Source: a virus (taxonomy: Duplodnaviria > Heunggongvirae > Uroviricota > Caudoviricetes). From it: a stretch of 44,793 bases of DNA. The position numbers and the translations under genes were made by a program. Position 1 is the first letter of the stretch; every line of letters starts with the position of its first letter. The notes below the pieces were generated by a model that ran no database searches, had not been told where the DNA came from, and saw only the letters and a list, made by a program, of their open reading frames with translations. Shown here in pieces: positions 22,861-33,281 of this stretch. The DNA is taken from positions 1 to 44,793 of IMG/VR virus record IMGVR_UViG_2974628062_000001; one strand, written 5' to 3'.

Positions 22861-25800
22861 ATAGAAAACATCCAGATTCGCTTTAGTGGTTCCGCGAACT
22901 TTAGACAAGTTTACGGAGAAGTAGCCCGACTCAATGCTGAGCTTCAGGCTGTTCAGCGTGCCGCTAGCGCGGGTGCAATCACTCCGTCTGCTGTAGCAAC
23001 CGAGCGTAACACACTACGTCAGCGTGTGTCAATGATGGGTCAGTTTGCTGCTCAGGCAGTAAACGCCCGTACTGAGACATCCATGCTGACGGAAGCTTTG
23101 GTCAAGCGTGACCTTTCGCTTCAGAATTCAATGAGAATTCAGAAGCAATTCAACAACATTCTTAGAGAGCAGTATCAGCTCCAGCGTGCGATGATGACAA
23201 CATATTCATCAACTGGAGCAAATGGCCGGGTTGCGGGAGATATCATTATCCCTCAGGCTGCTACTGCAAGAATGAATGCCTACACAAGTTCCTTGAAGGA
23301 AAATGCCAAGGGACTTCTTCAGATTGGTAGAGACTCCGCTGCATTCAGCGATGCTGTCTCCGTTATGAATCAGCGTGTAGGACTCAGCTCAGCTATTCTC
23401 AGAGCCTCTTCTGAGAGTATGATTAAGTGGGGTAAGAACACTCAATGGGCTGGTCGTCAGCTCATGGTTGGTTTCACAGTTCCCCTCATGGCTTTTGGCG
23501 CGGTAGCTGGTAAGGCAGCATACGACGTTGACAAGTCAATGACTCGTATTGCCAAGGTTTACGATACCACAGCTCAGACCGTAATTGGTAAGGAAAGAGA
23601 GCTTAGTGCACTTCGTGTAGAGTCAATGTCTATGGCCACACAGGTAGCTCAGAAGTATGGGCAGGCTGTAAAAGAAACTCTTGACATTGAGGCCGACCTT
23701 GCCGCAACTGGTCTAAAGGGTAGAGAACTACAGGAAGCAACTGTAGCTGTTACCCGCGCTGCAACTCTTGGTGAGCTGGATAAGCAGCAGGCAATCAAGG
23801 CGACCATTGCTCTTCAGTCTGTTTATGGTGACAGTGCTGAAGAGCTTGCACGCGACTTCAATTACATGAACGCAATTGAGAATGCTACCAGCCTTTCTAT
23901 GCAGGACTTTGTAGATGCTATTCCTCGTGGTGCTGGAGTTATGAAGGCTCTTGGAGTAGACCTACGAGAAATGGGTATTCTCCTTGTAGCCCTTAAGCAG
24001 AATGGTATTGGTGCAACCGAAGGTATGAATGGTCTACGTTCTGCTTCTCAGCGACTACTTACCATTACCGGCCCGGCGGAAGATGCATGGCAGAGATTGC
24101 TACCTAATGAAGGAACTCTTGAGGCTCTAACAAAGACGACGAACCGACAGTTCATTCCTACATTGCAGAAGATTGGTGAAGTCATGCGCAAGAACAAGCT
24201 TGACGCAGACGACCAGCAGGAAATCATTGCTCGTGTATTTGGTGTTTACCAGTCCAACAAGATGTATTCCGTTCTTGATGGTCTTATCAACAAGACAGAC
24301 CAGGTAAAGACTGCTTACGAAATCATGAACCAGGACATTGCTGATGGTGGAGCAAAGGCGGCAACTACAGCTCAGGGAGAGCTTGACAAGATGGCACAGT
24401 CTGCCTCTGGAAAGTTCAAGCGTGCTGTTGAAGGAATTAAGGCTCAGCTAGCCGCAGTCGGAGAGCCTTTCCTTGAGGTAGCCTCTGTAATGCTTGGATG
24501 GGTAAGTAAGCTATTCGACCTATTCACTTCTCTACCAGGAGCAGTGAAGAAGTTTATCTCAGCTATCGTTCTTATTGGAGCAATTCTTGGTCCAATCATT
24601 ATGCTTGTTGGTCTGTTTGCCAACCTATTTGGAAATATCTTCAAGTTCGTTGGCTTCATCGGTATGCTTGTAACTAGATTCAAGCCACTGACAATTGAGC
24701 AGCGTGCCCAGCAAATGATGGCTAACCAGACTTCTGTTGCATGGCAGAATGAAGGACGTGCAGCCCAGGTTCTTTCCGCCCAGCTTGCTGGTCTAACCGC
24801 ACAGATGGAAAGAGTAGCCCTTGCAAATATGCAAATGGCTGGTACAGGAATTACCTCTCTTCGTCCCACAACACCGAACCCTACCACAAATATTGGTGGT
24901 ATTGGTCCGGCGGTTCCGCCTGCCACGAGCCCATACGGAGTAAATGCGGCGGGTAGAAATTACAATACCCAGACTGGTCGTCTCGTATCTCAGCGAGAGG
25001 TAAATGCTTATGCAGCCGCACAGGCAGCAGCGGCAAGGTCTTCTGCTCAGACAGCAGCGAATACACAGACAACCGCTCGAAACTGGGGCAAGATTTCTGT
25101 AGCAATGGGTGCTACAGGAGTTATGGCTGCCTCAATGATGGCTGCTTCTGGTTCTTCTAGCCAGATTATGAATTACCTAAGCTTGGCTCTGCTATCAGCT
25201 TCCCTTCTTGGACCAATGCTCGTTAAGGCATTTAGAAGTGCAGGAATTGCGGCGGCTGCTTCTAACGTTGCCACAATGTTTGGTACAGGTCGTCGTGCAG
25301 GTTCTATTGCCGGACGCGGTGGAGCCGGTAGACTTGTTTCTGGATTGAGTGCAGCTCTTCCAGCAGCAGGACGCCTAGGAATGCTTATTGCTCGATTTGC
25401 AGGTCCGGCGGGTCTTCTTGCTACAGGTGCTTACATGGCATTCAAGCTTTATGGAAATATGAAGAAGGGTATTGAAACCCAGAAGAGAATCAACGAATCT
25501 GCTAAGGATTGGGCAGATGTTCTTGGATTTGTTTACCATGAGGCTGGTCAGATTGAGACCAAGAATGGTGAAATCATCAATACCCTTGATGCTCAGGTTA
25601 CCAAGCTCAAGGAGAAGAACAAGGAGCTTGTCAAGAGTCTTCAGCTAGCAAAGGCTGCCGGTGATGAAGAAAAGGCCATGAATCTTGCTATTGCTGAAGG
25701 TTTGAAGGTTCGTAACCATGGTGGAAGTGCTGCCGATGCTACGAATGCTACTAAGCTTTCTCTACGTGCGGCGGGATATACAAGCCAGGAGATTGAGCCT

Positions 25801-28800
25801 CTAATGATTAAGATTAAGGCTCAGGTCGATTTCTCTGATGCAAAGTCTACTCTGAACAAGCAGATGGATGAATTCAAGGACACCTTCAATAAGGTTGCCA
25901 ATAACAAGTTTGGTCAGGGAACTTGGGAGGGATTTGGTCGTGCCTTCTCTGGTCGTGGAGAAATCAACCAGAATGCTGCTGAGCGTGGTAAGGGTATGGC
26001 TAATGAATTCTGGACGGGATTCCAGGCACAGACGTCACTATCTGAGAAGAAGAACTACTTTGACAAGTTCTTTGCACAGATTGAAAAGGAGCAGCACACT
26101 GCTTGGGGTCGTCTAGGTAATTCAAACCGTGCAGACCTTAAGAAGGTCGGTATCGATTCTTGGTCAGAGTTTGCTCAGGCATACAAGGATGCTCAGGATA
26201 TGACTCCTATTGAATTCAGAAACGTATGGGCAAACGGTGACCAGGAGCAGGCTGAAAAGGTTATGCGTGCCCTTCGCGGTCTTGGTGGAGAGACAACCCG
26301 ATACGCTGAGAAGCACATGGATGCCGAAAAGCTCATTGCTCGTGAAATCGCTAAGAAGAACAACATGTCCGATGAGGAAATCAGTAAGATTGAAACAATT
26401 GATGACCTCTACGGAAAGCTTGACATGTCCTTCTACACTGTAGCTGAAGCTCAGAAGGCTTACACTCAGGCAATGGCAAATTACAATCGTGAAGGAACGA
26501 AGCTCTCTGAGAAGGAGAAGCTACGTATCCTTAACATTTATCGAAACAATGCAGGGCTTTCTAAGGCAACCTCTATTGAGCAGGGATTCGGTGATGCGCT
26601 GGATAACACAAAGGGCAAGATTGGCGGAAGCTCAGATGCTCTAAAGGAAGCTGCTGCATCAATGGATGACTGGAATAATGCTCGACAGAAGGCAATGTCT
26701 GGAGCAATGGATACCGTGCTTGGCGAGGCAGATGAAATCTGGTCTGAAAGAGCAGATGCGGAAGTCCAGGCCATTGAAGACCGTGGACAGCGACGTGAGG
26801 ATGCGCTAGATGCTCAGGCAGAGCGTCAGGAAAAGCGATTCGATAATCGGCAGGAAGCGGCAGATAAGCGATTCGATAAGCGTTCAAAGGCTCTGGATAA
26901 GCGCTGGGACAAGATTGAAGAAGATTTTGAAAATCGCTGGGATAAGCGTCTAAAGAAGGAAGAGGATGCTTATAACAAGAAGATTGACAATATCAAGAAG
27001 GCCATGGAGGCTGAAGAGAAGGCTGAGGAGCAGCGCCAGAAGATTTTCGAGGCTGAGCAGACTCGACTTCAGCGAATGGCTGAAATTGCCAATCAGAATA
27101 TCGACTTCAATGTAGCTTTGAATTCTGGTAATTTGGATGAGGCGGCAAAGATTGCCAACAATATCCAGTCTACAACAGATTCATGGACAATCGGAGATGC
27201 TGCTGAATCAAGTCAGTCTCAGTCTGATAAGCGTAAGGACAAGATGGAGGGTCAGATTGACTCTCTTGAAAAGGCCCGTGATAAGCGTCTAGAAGACCTA
27301 AAGAAGATTGAAGAGGCTGAGAAGAAGGCTCTTGAGGCTAAGAAGGAGCGTGAACAGGAAGCCCTAGCGGCAGAACGTGAGCGTTACAACAAGGCGCTAG
27401 AGGCCGAGCGTGAGCGTTACCGTAAGGGTATTGAAGCTCAGAAGAAGGCCATTCAGGAGCAGACCCAGCGCGACGCAACAGCTAAGCGTAAGGAACTTGA
27501 GCGTATGAAGAAGACGCTTGAGCTTGAACTCCTTGCCGTTCGTGCATCTATTCCTCGTAACAAGAAGGAATACGACAAGCAGATTAAGACCATCGAAAAG
27601 CTCTACGCTAAGTATGGAGTAAATCTTAAGGCGCAGGGTAATTCATGGGCTAACACCATTGGTGACTCTCTAACCAAGCACGTAAAGGAAGCCTCTGCTG
27701 ATATCCAGAATCAGATTAAGTGGAAGACTGTTGGTAATTCTGTAACTCAGGATATGATTGACGGTGGATTCAACCTTACAACTTCTCAGTTCATGAAGTG
27801 GGTAACCACTGGTGAGCTTCCAAAGAAGTACAAGGCACCTGCAAAGCCAAAGACTCGACACAAGGGTGGACCTGTAAATGGTAATTCCAAGTACGACAAC
27901 CGTGGTGGTCGTAACTGGGGTACTGGTCTACGTCGAGACGAGTCAATGATGCTTCTGAAGAATGACGAATACGTTCTTAATGGAAAGGCTCACAAGGCCC
28001 TAGGAACCAACTTCCTTGATGGTATCAACCAGTCCGGCGGTAAGTACGGTATTGGTGGAGCTGGAGATGGTCTAGGTCTTCTTGGCGCATTTGCGGCGGG
28101 TATGGAAGGTGCATTTGAATCCGCAGCAGATATGGCTATCCAGGCTGCTGGAAACAACGCCATGGGATTCGGTATCGATGGAATGGGAATTCCTGGTAAG
28201 GCCGGAATGTACGGAGGAATCCAGCTTTCTGCTGAGCAGATGAAGAACGCGGCAACCATTATTGGTGTCGGTAAGGGAATGGGCGCAACACAGTCCGACC
28301 TTGTTGTTTCTATCATGACTGCTATGCAGGAGTCAACCCTTCGCAACCTTCACTATGGTGACCGTGACTCTCTTGGTCTATTCCAGCAGCGTCCATCTAT
28401 GGGATGGGGTACTAAGGAGCAGATTCTAACTCCTTCATATGCCGCTCGCAAGTTCTTTGAAAGCCTATTGGCGATGAAGGGACGACACAAGCTCAGCCTA
28501 ACACAGCAGGCTCAGGCAGTTCAGCGTTCTGGATTCCCAGATGCTTATGCAAAGTGGCAGACAATGGCTCAGCAGGTTGTTGGAGCTACTGGATTCCAGC
28601 CATTCGGCGGGGTTGGTAGTGGAAAGAAGCAGCGTCCGGTAAGTTCGGGAATTTCCCGTTCATATGCTAACCACTCGAATCTTCCCCGAGGTACCGACTT
28701 TGCCTCTCCTGTAGGAACTCCTGTTCGCGCAGCCATGAATGGTATGGTTACTGTTTCTAAGGACCTGCGTGGTCCAGGTGGATACTACTCATATGGTAAG

Positions 28801-29259
28801 TACATTGCCATTGAAGGAAATGGCGAAAAGACCCTATACGCTCACCTTTCTGATAGAAATGTAAGAGCGGGTCAGCAGGTACAGGCTGGTAGACTGATTG
28901 GTTACTCTGGTAACACAGGTAATTCTAGTGGTCCCCACCTTCACTTTGAGACATGGCGTGGTGGAAGAACTGTATCACCAGGAGCCTTTGGAATTCCAGG
29001 TATGAAGACTGGCGGATTCACTCTTAGCGATGGGTTGGCAATGTTGCACAAGAACGAGACGGTTCTAACAGCTCCATTGTCGGACCAGCTAAAGACCGGA
29101 ATTCAGAAGATTGACCAGGGTGTTAATAACGACTATAATGTAACTATTGACCTTCGTGGAGCATACATCCGTGAAGAGGTAGATATCGAGAAGGCTGTAA
29201 ATACAGCAATCTCTAAGCGAGAGAGTAAGCTAGGAAGGAATAGGAGCATTACAAGTTGA
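22861..29259 (+). CDS. Tape measure protein (~2130 aa; start probably non-canonical ATA 22861, first canonical in-frame start GTG 23026) with C-terminal lysozyme-like and M23 peptidase domains
   Basis: Longest ORF after the chaperones; IIKWGKNTQWAGRQLMVG, coiled coils; AMQESTLRNL..GDRDSLGLFQQRPS.GWG; GTDFASPVGTP...LYAHLS...GNSSGPHLHFE. Confidence 0.92.
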   Translation: MENIQIRFSGSANFRQVYGEVARLNAELQAVQRAASAGAITPSAVATERNTLRQRVSMMGQFAAQAVNARTETSMLTEALVKRDLSLQNSMRIQKQFNNILREQYQLQRAMMTTYSSTGANGRVAGDIIIPQAATARMNAYTSSLKENAKGLLQIGRDSAAFSDAVSVMNQRVGLSSAILRASSESMIKWGKNTQWAGRQLMVGFTVPLMAFGAVAGKAAYDVDKSMTRIAKVYDTTAQTVIGKERELSALRVESMSMATQVAQKYGQAVKETLDIEADLAATGLKGRELQEATVAVTRAATLGELDKQQAIKATIALQSVYGDSAEELARDFNYMNAIENATSLSMQDFVDAIPRGAGVMKALGVDLREMGILLVALKQNGIGATEGMNGLRSASQRLLTITGPAEDAWQRLLPNEGTLEALTKTTNRQFIPTLQKIGEVMRKNKLDADDQQEIIARVFGVYQSNKMYSVLDGLINKTDQVKTAYEIMNQDIADGGAKAATTAQGELDKMAQSASGKFKRAVEGIKAQLAAVGEPFLEVASVMLGWVSKLFDLFTSLPGAVKKFISAIVLIGAILGPIIMLVGLFANLFGNIFKFVGFIGMLVTRFKPLTIEQRAQQMMANQTSVAWQNEGRAAQVLSAQLAGLTAQMERVALANMQMAGTGITSLRPTTPNPTTNIGGIGPAVPPATSPYGVNAAGRNYNTQTGRLVSQREVNAYAAAQAAAARSSAQTAANTQTTARNWGKISVAMGATGVMAASMMAASGSSSQIMNYLSLALLSASLLGPMLVKAFRSAGIAAAASNVATMFGTGRRAGSIAGRGGAGRLVSGLSAALPAAGRLGMLIARFAGPAGLLATGAYMAFKLYGNMKKGIETQKRINESAKDWADVLGFVYHEAGQIETKNGEIINTLDAQVTKLKEKNKELVKSLQLAKAAGDEEKAMNLAIAEGLKVRNHGGSAADATNATKLSLRAAGYTSQEIEPLMIKIKAQVDFSDAKSTLNKQMDEFKDTFNKVANNKFGQGTWEGFGRAFSGRGEINQNAAERGKGMANEFWTGFQAQTSLSEKKNYFDKFFAQIEKEQHTAWGRLGNSNRADLKKVGIDSWSEFAQAYKDAQDMTPIEFRNVWANGDQEQAEKVMRALRGLGGETTRYAEKHMDAEKLIAREIAKKNNMSDEEISKIETIDDLYGKLDMSFYTVAEAQKAYTQAMANYNREGTKLSEKEKLRILNIYRNNAGLSKATSIEQGFGDALDNTKGKIGGSSDALKEAAASMDDWNNARQKAMSGAMDTVLGEADEIWSERADAEVQAIEDRGQRREDALDAQAERQEKRFDNRQEAADKRFDKRSKALDKRWDKIEEDFENRWDKRLKKEEDAYNKKIDNIKKAMEAEEKAEEQRQKIFEAEQTRLQRMAEIANQNIDFNVALNSGNLDEAAKIANNIQSTTDSWTIGDAAESSQSQSDKRKDKMEGQIDSLEKARDKRLEDLKKIEEAEKKALEAKKEREQEALAAERERYNKALEAERERYRKGIEAQKKAIQEQTQRDATAKRKELERMKKTLELELLAVRASIPRNKKEYDKQIKTIEKLYAKYGVNLKAQGNSWANTIGDSLTKHVKEASADIQNQIKWKTVGNSVTQDMIDGGFNLTTSQFMKWVTTGELPKKYKAPAKPKTRHKGGPVNGNSKYDNRGGRNWGTGLRRDESMMLLKNDEYVLNGKAHKALGTNFLDGINQSGGKYGIGGAGDGLGLLGAFAAGMEGAFESAADMAIQAAGNNAMGFGIDGMGIPGKAGMYGGIQLSAEQMKNAATIIGVGKGMGATQSDLVVSIMTAMQESTLRNLHYGDRDSLGLFQQRPSMGWGTKEQILTPSYAARKFFESLLAMKGRHKLSLTQQAQAVQRSGFPDAYAKWQTMAQQVVGATGFQPFGGVGSGKKQRPVSSGISRSYANHSNLPRGTDFASPVGTPVRAAMNGMVTVSKDLRGPGGYYSYGKYIAIEGNGEKTLYAHLSDRNVRAGQQVQAGRLIGYSGNTGNSSGPHLHFETWRGGRTVSPGAFGIPGMKTGGFTLSDGLAMLHKNETVLTAPLSDQLKTGIQKIDQGVNNDYNVTIDLRGAYIREEVDIEKAVNTAISKRESKLGRNRSITS

Positions 29260-29657
29260 GTATCACACTAGTGAAGCCACGTCTCATGAGATGGAATGGC
29301 AATTCAATCACTGACCACAATAGAGCCCAGCTCAGCATTGATGTCGAGAGGATTGAGAAGAAGCAGCGAATGGCAAACGGTGCCTTGCGAAAGTACATCG
29401 TAGCAGATAAGCGCACCTTCTCAACCTCTTGGTCAATGCTGCCAAAGCTCACCTCACAGACCGTTGATGGTTTCTGGGGTGGAGAGGCTATCGAGAATTT
29501 CTACAATACAATCACAGGATATTTCACATTGGAACTAACTGACGCAGATGGCGAATCAACTGATTACACCGTGATGTTCTCTGATTTCTCTAAGAACATC
29601 GTCAAGCGAGGCAGCGTAGATTTCTGGGAAATCAGCGTATCTCTGGAAGAGGCATAA
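29256..29657 (+). CDS. Minor tail protein (distal tail/Dit-like)
   Basis: Directly after TMP; RMANGALRKY, FSTSWSMLP, ISVSLEE. Confidence 0.75.
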   Translation: MSITLVKPRLMRWNGNSITDHNRAQLSIDVERIEKKQRMANGALRKYIVADKRTFSTSWSMLPKLTSQTVDGFWGGEAIENFYNTITGYFTLELTDADGESTDYTVMFSDFSKNIVKRGSVDFWEISVSLEEA

Positions 29658-32600
29658 ATGCAGACTTCCACCTCGTTTCTTCAGAATGCCCTCAAGCAGG
29701 GCGAAGATTTGCGCCCGGCGGCAAGAGTAATTGCTGAATGGAATCATAACCGATACACAAAGATTACCACTGTAGAAAACTATCAGTACGATGAGAAGAC
29801 CAACGGATACGACCTTGACATGTATCCGATTGAGACTATTGCCTATCCTATCCGACCAACGGCCGGATTGCTAAAGGCTCGTGCTGGTGAGGGAGCAGTC
29901 GTTCAGGGATATTCAGACACTCCAGGAACGTACCGCACCTACACAGCAGACCCAGACTCAAAATACAAGTACTGGACAGGTCCAGCGCAGGCGAACACCA
30001 CTCCATATTCCGGAGGCGGATACACTTTGCCTGAGCCGGTTCGTCCTCACATTGTATATGCGACACCTGCCCTGACAAATAAGATTTACATCTGCATTGA
30101 GAATTCTTGGGCACGTCCTCAGAAGTACGATATCCAGATTACCACCAATGGTACAACATGGACAACTGTAGCTTCTGACGTTGTGACGAATTCAGATGGT
30201 CAGGTTATCCTTTATCTCCAGGACAATAACACATGGAGCACAACTGTTAATAGAAATAACGGAATGCAGATTCGTGGTATTAAGCTGGACGTAAAGTCTA
30301 TGAATAGACACAATTCATGGTTCAACCTAATTGAATTGGGTGCTCGTCTGGAAAAGGATTTGTCAGATAGACTTATCGACTTCTCTGTAAAGAATGAATT
30401 GTCTGATACGGACTTTATTACTCCTATGGGAGTAATTAGTTCTAATACAGGAAGTATTTCTCTTTCTAATATTGATGGAATCTTTAATCACGATAATCCA
30501 GATTCTCCATATAAGGGTCTTATTGATGCCAATGTAAAGTTTACGATTGATTTTGGCATCGATGTATCTGACTGGGGAGGCACTGGAATTGAGTGGATTC
30601 GTCAGGCAACCATGTACTCAGAAGCATGGGGCGGAGGAGAAGAGCAGGTAGATATTTCCTTGAAGGATGCATCAAAGTATCTACAGGAAGTAAAGCCTCT
30701 TGAAGAGCTTATGCAGGATGTCACCATCGGAATGGCCATCTGGCGTATGCTGGATTCTATTGGATTCATTGATTACCAGTACACTCGTACAGCAGAGGTA
30801 GCTTCTAATCAGATTCCTTTCTTCTGGACAGATAGTGATAAGACAGTTTGGGATAATATCCAGGATTTGTGTAAGGTAACTCAGTCAGCTTGTTACTTTG
30901 ATGAGCATGGAATCCTGCAAATCAAGACCAGAGATTCTGCGTTCGATAAGACAAAGCCGGTTTCTTGGACATTTGATTATGCTAAGAATGGCACCAAGTT
31001 GCCAGACATCGTTGACGTTGAGGTAGGAAGTAGCTTTGAGGCCAACAAGGTGACTGTAAAGTATCAGAAGACGAATCTATCACAGGATGCTCAGGGTCGT
31101 CCAATCTCTGAAGTCGTTTGGCAGCCTGAAGACGACCTAGTTCTACGTAGCTCTGCTCTGACTACAGCTATTACCAAGACTGATATGCGATTCTGGATTG
31201 ATAAGAAGGATATTGCTACATGGCCATACGAAGGCTTTGTCAATATCCGTGGTGAGCTTATCAAGTACAAGGGTAAGGGATATCGTTACTACAAGAAGGG
31301 CGGGTCTTATACGGGAAACATCGACAATGACACAATCTTCAAGGTCATTTACACAAATGACGAGAAGTTGCAGATTGACAATGAGCTGTCTAACCCAGAC
31401 CATTCTTGGAGAAACTACTTTACAGGCTACATGCGTGTAGAAGAGCGTGGCTATGATAGTACCACGGCTCAGCAACACGACCTTGTACAGACCGTTTGGC
31501 TTAGCAATGGTTCCTACTACGGGCTTGAAGGTGGAACACAGAAGCTCTGGAATGGTGGAACCAAGTTCATGCCTACAGACTCAAAGTTGCGTCTTCAGTC
31601 TACTGGAAAGAAGGCTACAGGAAATCACTGGTACACCGCACGTCGTGGAGCTTGGACAGGTGAGTCTCCAAAGTTCATTGGAACTAGAATGATGTTTCCT
31701 TCAAATCCGAAGGGCAAGCACACCGCAGCGGGTATTTGGGTGTGGGGAAACACTGCCCAGAACAATATGTATGCAATTGACCTGAAGTGCACAAAGAACA
31801 TCGATAGAAAGACTCACAATGAGGTTCGAGTTCTAAAGCGCTCTGGTGGAAAGGTATATTCTATTGGAGGAAAGGGAGCCACTGTTGCTATTGATTATGA
31901 TAAGTGGTATGACGTTGATGTAGTCGTAACGAGTACGGCTAGATTTACTGTTTACATCAATGGAGTTCTCGTTATGAATGTAATGGATGGCTCAGATGGA
32001 AACGGTCCAGACATTCCAATTTCTGGTCGAGCCGGGCTTTATGTCAGAGGAGATTGTGTAACAGACTTCGAGTACTACTACATGATGGCAGATGGAGGAA
32101 TTCAGGAAACTGACCTAGACAATTCTTCTTACCTTGACCTTGTTCGCGGCGGGTATTTCTCTAACCAGTACTACCGTGACTTTGTTACCCGTACACGAGT
32201 AGCACAAAGGCGTAGAGGAAAGAAGACTATCAAGTACACCCAGTGGTATGACCAGAGGTATTTCGATGAATTCGGTATGCAGGTTCACGAATACCGACCA
32301 TATGACATTACCTTTGACAAGTCTCCAGTTCTCTACTCAAGCCTCTACCTTAGCAATGACAGCCAGGTTGTTCAGGACGAATATGTTCACAATCCTTTTG
32401 GAGCACATTTCGTTATCGCCAATGCTTCACGAGTAAACTCAGTAGTAAATGGTGAGGACACCTTGACTTATGGTGCTGACAATCCTGTAGACCAGAAGAT
32501 TATGATTACTGGTCGAACAATTCAGCAGGCTGAGGCAACAGATTATGAGGTCAAGAATGAGCAGGCTATCAGGGCCAGAGGAGAAATTGCTCTGGAGTTC

Positions 32601-32861
32601 TCATCACAATGGATTCAGTCTGAGGCAGCAGCCAAGGCTTTGGGAGACTGGATTGTCAACAACTGGGCTGACCCATGTGATGAAATCAGTATGGATGTAT
32701 TTGGAAATCCTCTAATTCAGATTGGTGATATTGTTGCAGTCAATTATCCACCTAAGGATATGGCTGCGGCTACACACAAGTACTTTGTTACATCAGTAGA
32801 CCAGTCATGGGATAACGGTCTTACGACCAACCTATCCCTTCGTCGCGCTAGAATTTCGTGA
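29658..32861 (+). CDS. Large minor tail / baseplate hub protein, 1067 aa
   Basis: Synteny after Dit-like gene; IQDLCKVTQSACYFDEHGILQIK hub-type motif; LGDWIV..GNPLIQIGDIV. Confidence 0.8.
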   Translation: MQTSTSFLQNALKQGEDLRPAARVIAEWNHNRYTKITTVENYQYDEKTNGYDLDMYPIETIAYPIRPTAGLLKARAGEGAVVQGYSDTPGTYRTYTADPDSKYKYWTGPAQANTTPYSGGGYTLPEPVRPHIVYATPALTNKIYICIENSWARPQKYDIQITTNGTTWTTVASDVVTNSDGQVILYLQDNNTWSTTVNRNNGMQIRGIKLDVKSMNRHNSWFNLIELGARLEKDLSDRLIDFSVKNELSDTDFITPMGVISSNTGSISLSNIDGIFNHDNPDSPYKGLIDANVKFTIDFGIDVSDWGGTGIEWIRQATMYSEAWGGGEEQVDISLKDASKYLQEVKPLEELMQDVTIGMAIWRMLDSIGFIDYQYTRTAEVASNQIPFFWTDSDKTVWDNIQDLCKVTQSACYFDEHGILQIKTRDSAFDKTKPVSWTFDYAKNGTKLPDIVDVEVGSSFEANKVTVKYQKTNLSQDAQGRPISEVVWQPEDDLVLRSSALTTAITKTDMRFWIDKKDIATWPYEGFVNIRGELIKYKGKGYRYYKKGGSYTGNIDNDTIFKVIYTNDEKLQIDNELSNPDHSWRNYFTGYMRVEERGYDSTTAQQHDLVQTVWLSNGSYYGLEGGTQKLWNGGTKFMPTDSKLRLQSTGKKATGNHWYTARRGAWTGESPKFIGTRMMFPSNPKGKHTAAGIWVWGNTAQNNMYAIDLKCTKNIDRKTHNEVRVLKRSGGKVYSIGGKGATVAIDYDKWYDVDVVVTSTARFTVYINGVLVMNVMDGSDGNGPDIPISGRAGLYVRGDCVTDFEYYYMMADGGIQETDLDNSSYLDLVRGGYFSNQYYRDFVTRTRVAQRRRGKKTIKYTQWYDQRYFDEFGMQVHEYRPYDITFDKSPVLYSSLYLSNDSQVVQDEYVHNPFGAHFVIANASRVNSVVNGEDTLTYGADNPVDQKIMITGRTIQQAEATDYEVKNEQAIRARGEIALEFSSQWIQSEAAAKALGDWIVNNWADPCDEISMDVFGNPLIQIGDIVAVNYPPKDMAAATHKYFVTSVDQSWDNGLTTNLSLRRARIS

Positions 32862-32864
32862 TAT

Positions 32865-32893
32865 TTGACTTTCGCTTGACCGAAAGATATAAT
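32865..32893 (+). promoter_or_regulatory. Internal tail-module promoter, leaderless
   Basis: TTGACT-N17-TATAAT, 7 nt before ATG 32901. Confidence 0.75.
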
Positions 32894-32900
32894 TAATGAC

Positions 32901-33281
32901 ATGGACCAAATTAAGTCAACGAATGTCATTAAGGCTCCAGAAATTGTTCTGGACCCCACATTCTTTCTGCCACCTGACGTTGTAGATGTCAGAGTAGGCA
33001 ACACAAGCGACCCTGCCGAAGAGGACGGGGTTACTTATGATGACATTGTCGATGTAGACGACGTTATCGTCTCCGATGACGATTTGGCCAATCCGGGACC
33101 AGAGGTTCCAACAGATGATGATGGGGAGGGAGCAGAAGTGCTCCCTACTCCACAGTGGATGACCATTATTGACCAGCAGGTTCGAATTGCTCCCGATGGC
33201 AGGGCTGTCGTTGATGTTGTAATTGAGCTTGAGGATGTAGCAGGCGCAACAGAATACGACGTAAGGATGACCAAGGCGTGA
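32901..33281 (+). CDS. Acidic hypothetical tail-region protein, 126 aa
   Basis: ORF track; GTGA coupling to next gene. Confidence 0.75.
   Translation: MDQIKSTNVIKAPEIVLDPTFFLPPDVVDVRVGNTSDPAEEDGVTYDDIVDVDDVIVSDDDLANPGPEVPTDDDGEGAEVLPTPQWMTIIDQQVRIAPDGRAVVDVVIELEDVAGATEYDVRMTKA

Noticed and set aside
20315-27861. Minus strand ORFs 20315..20758, 24444..24926, 26538..26887 and similar
   Set aside because: Antisense to well-supported structural genes; composition typical of reverse-frame artefacts
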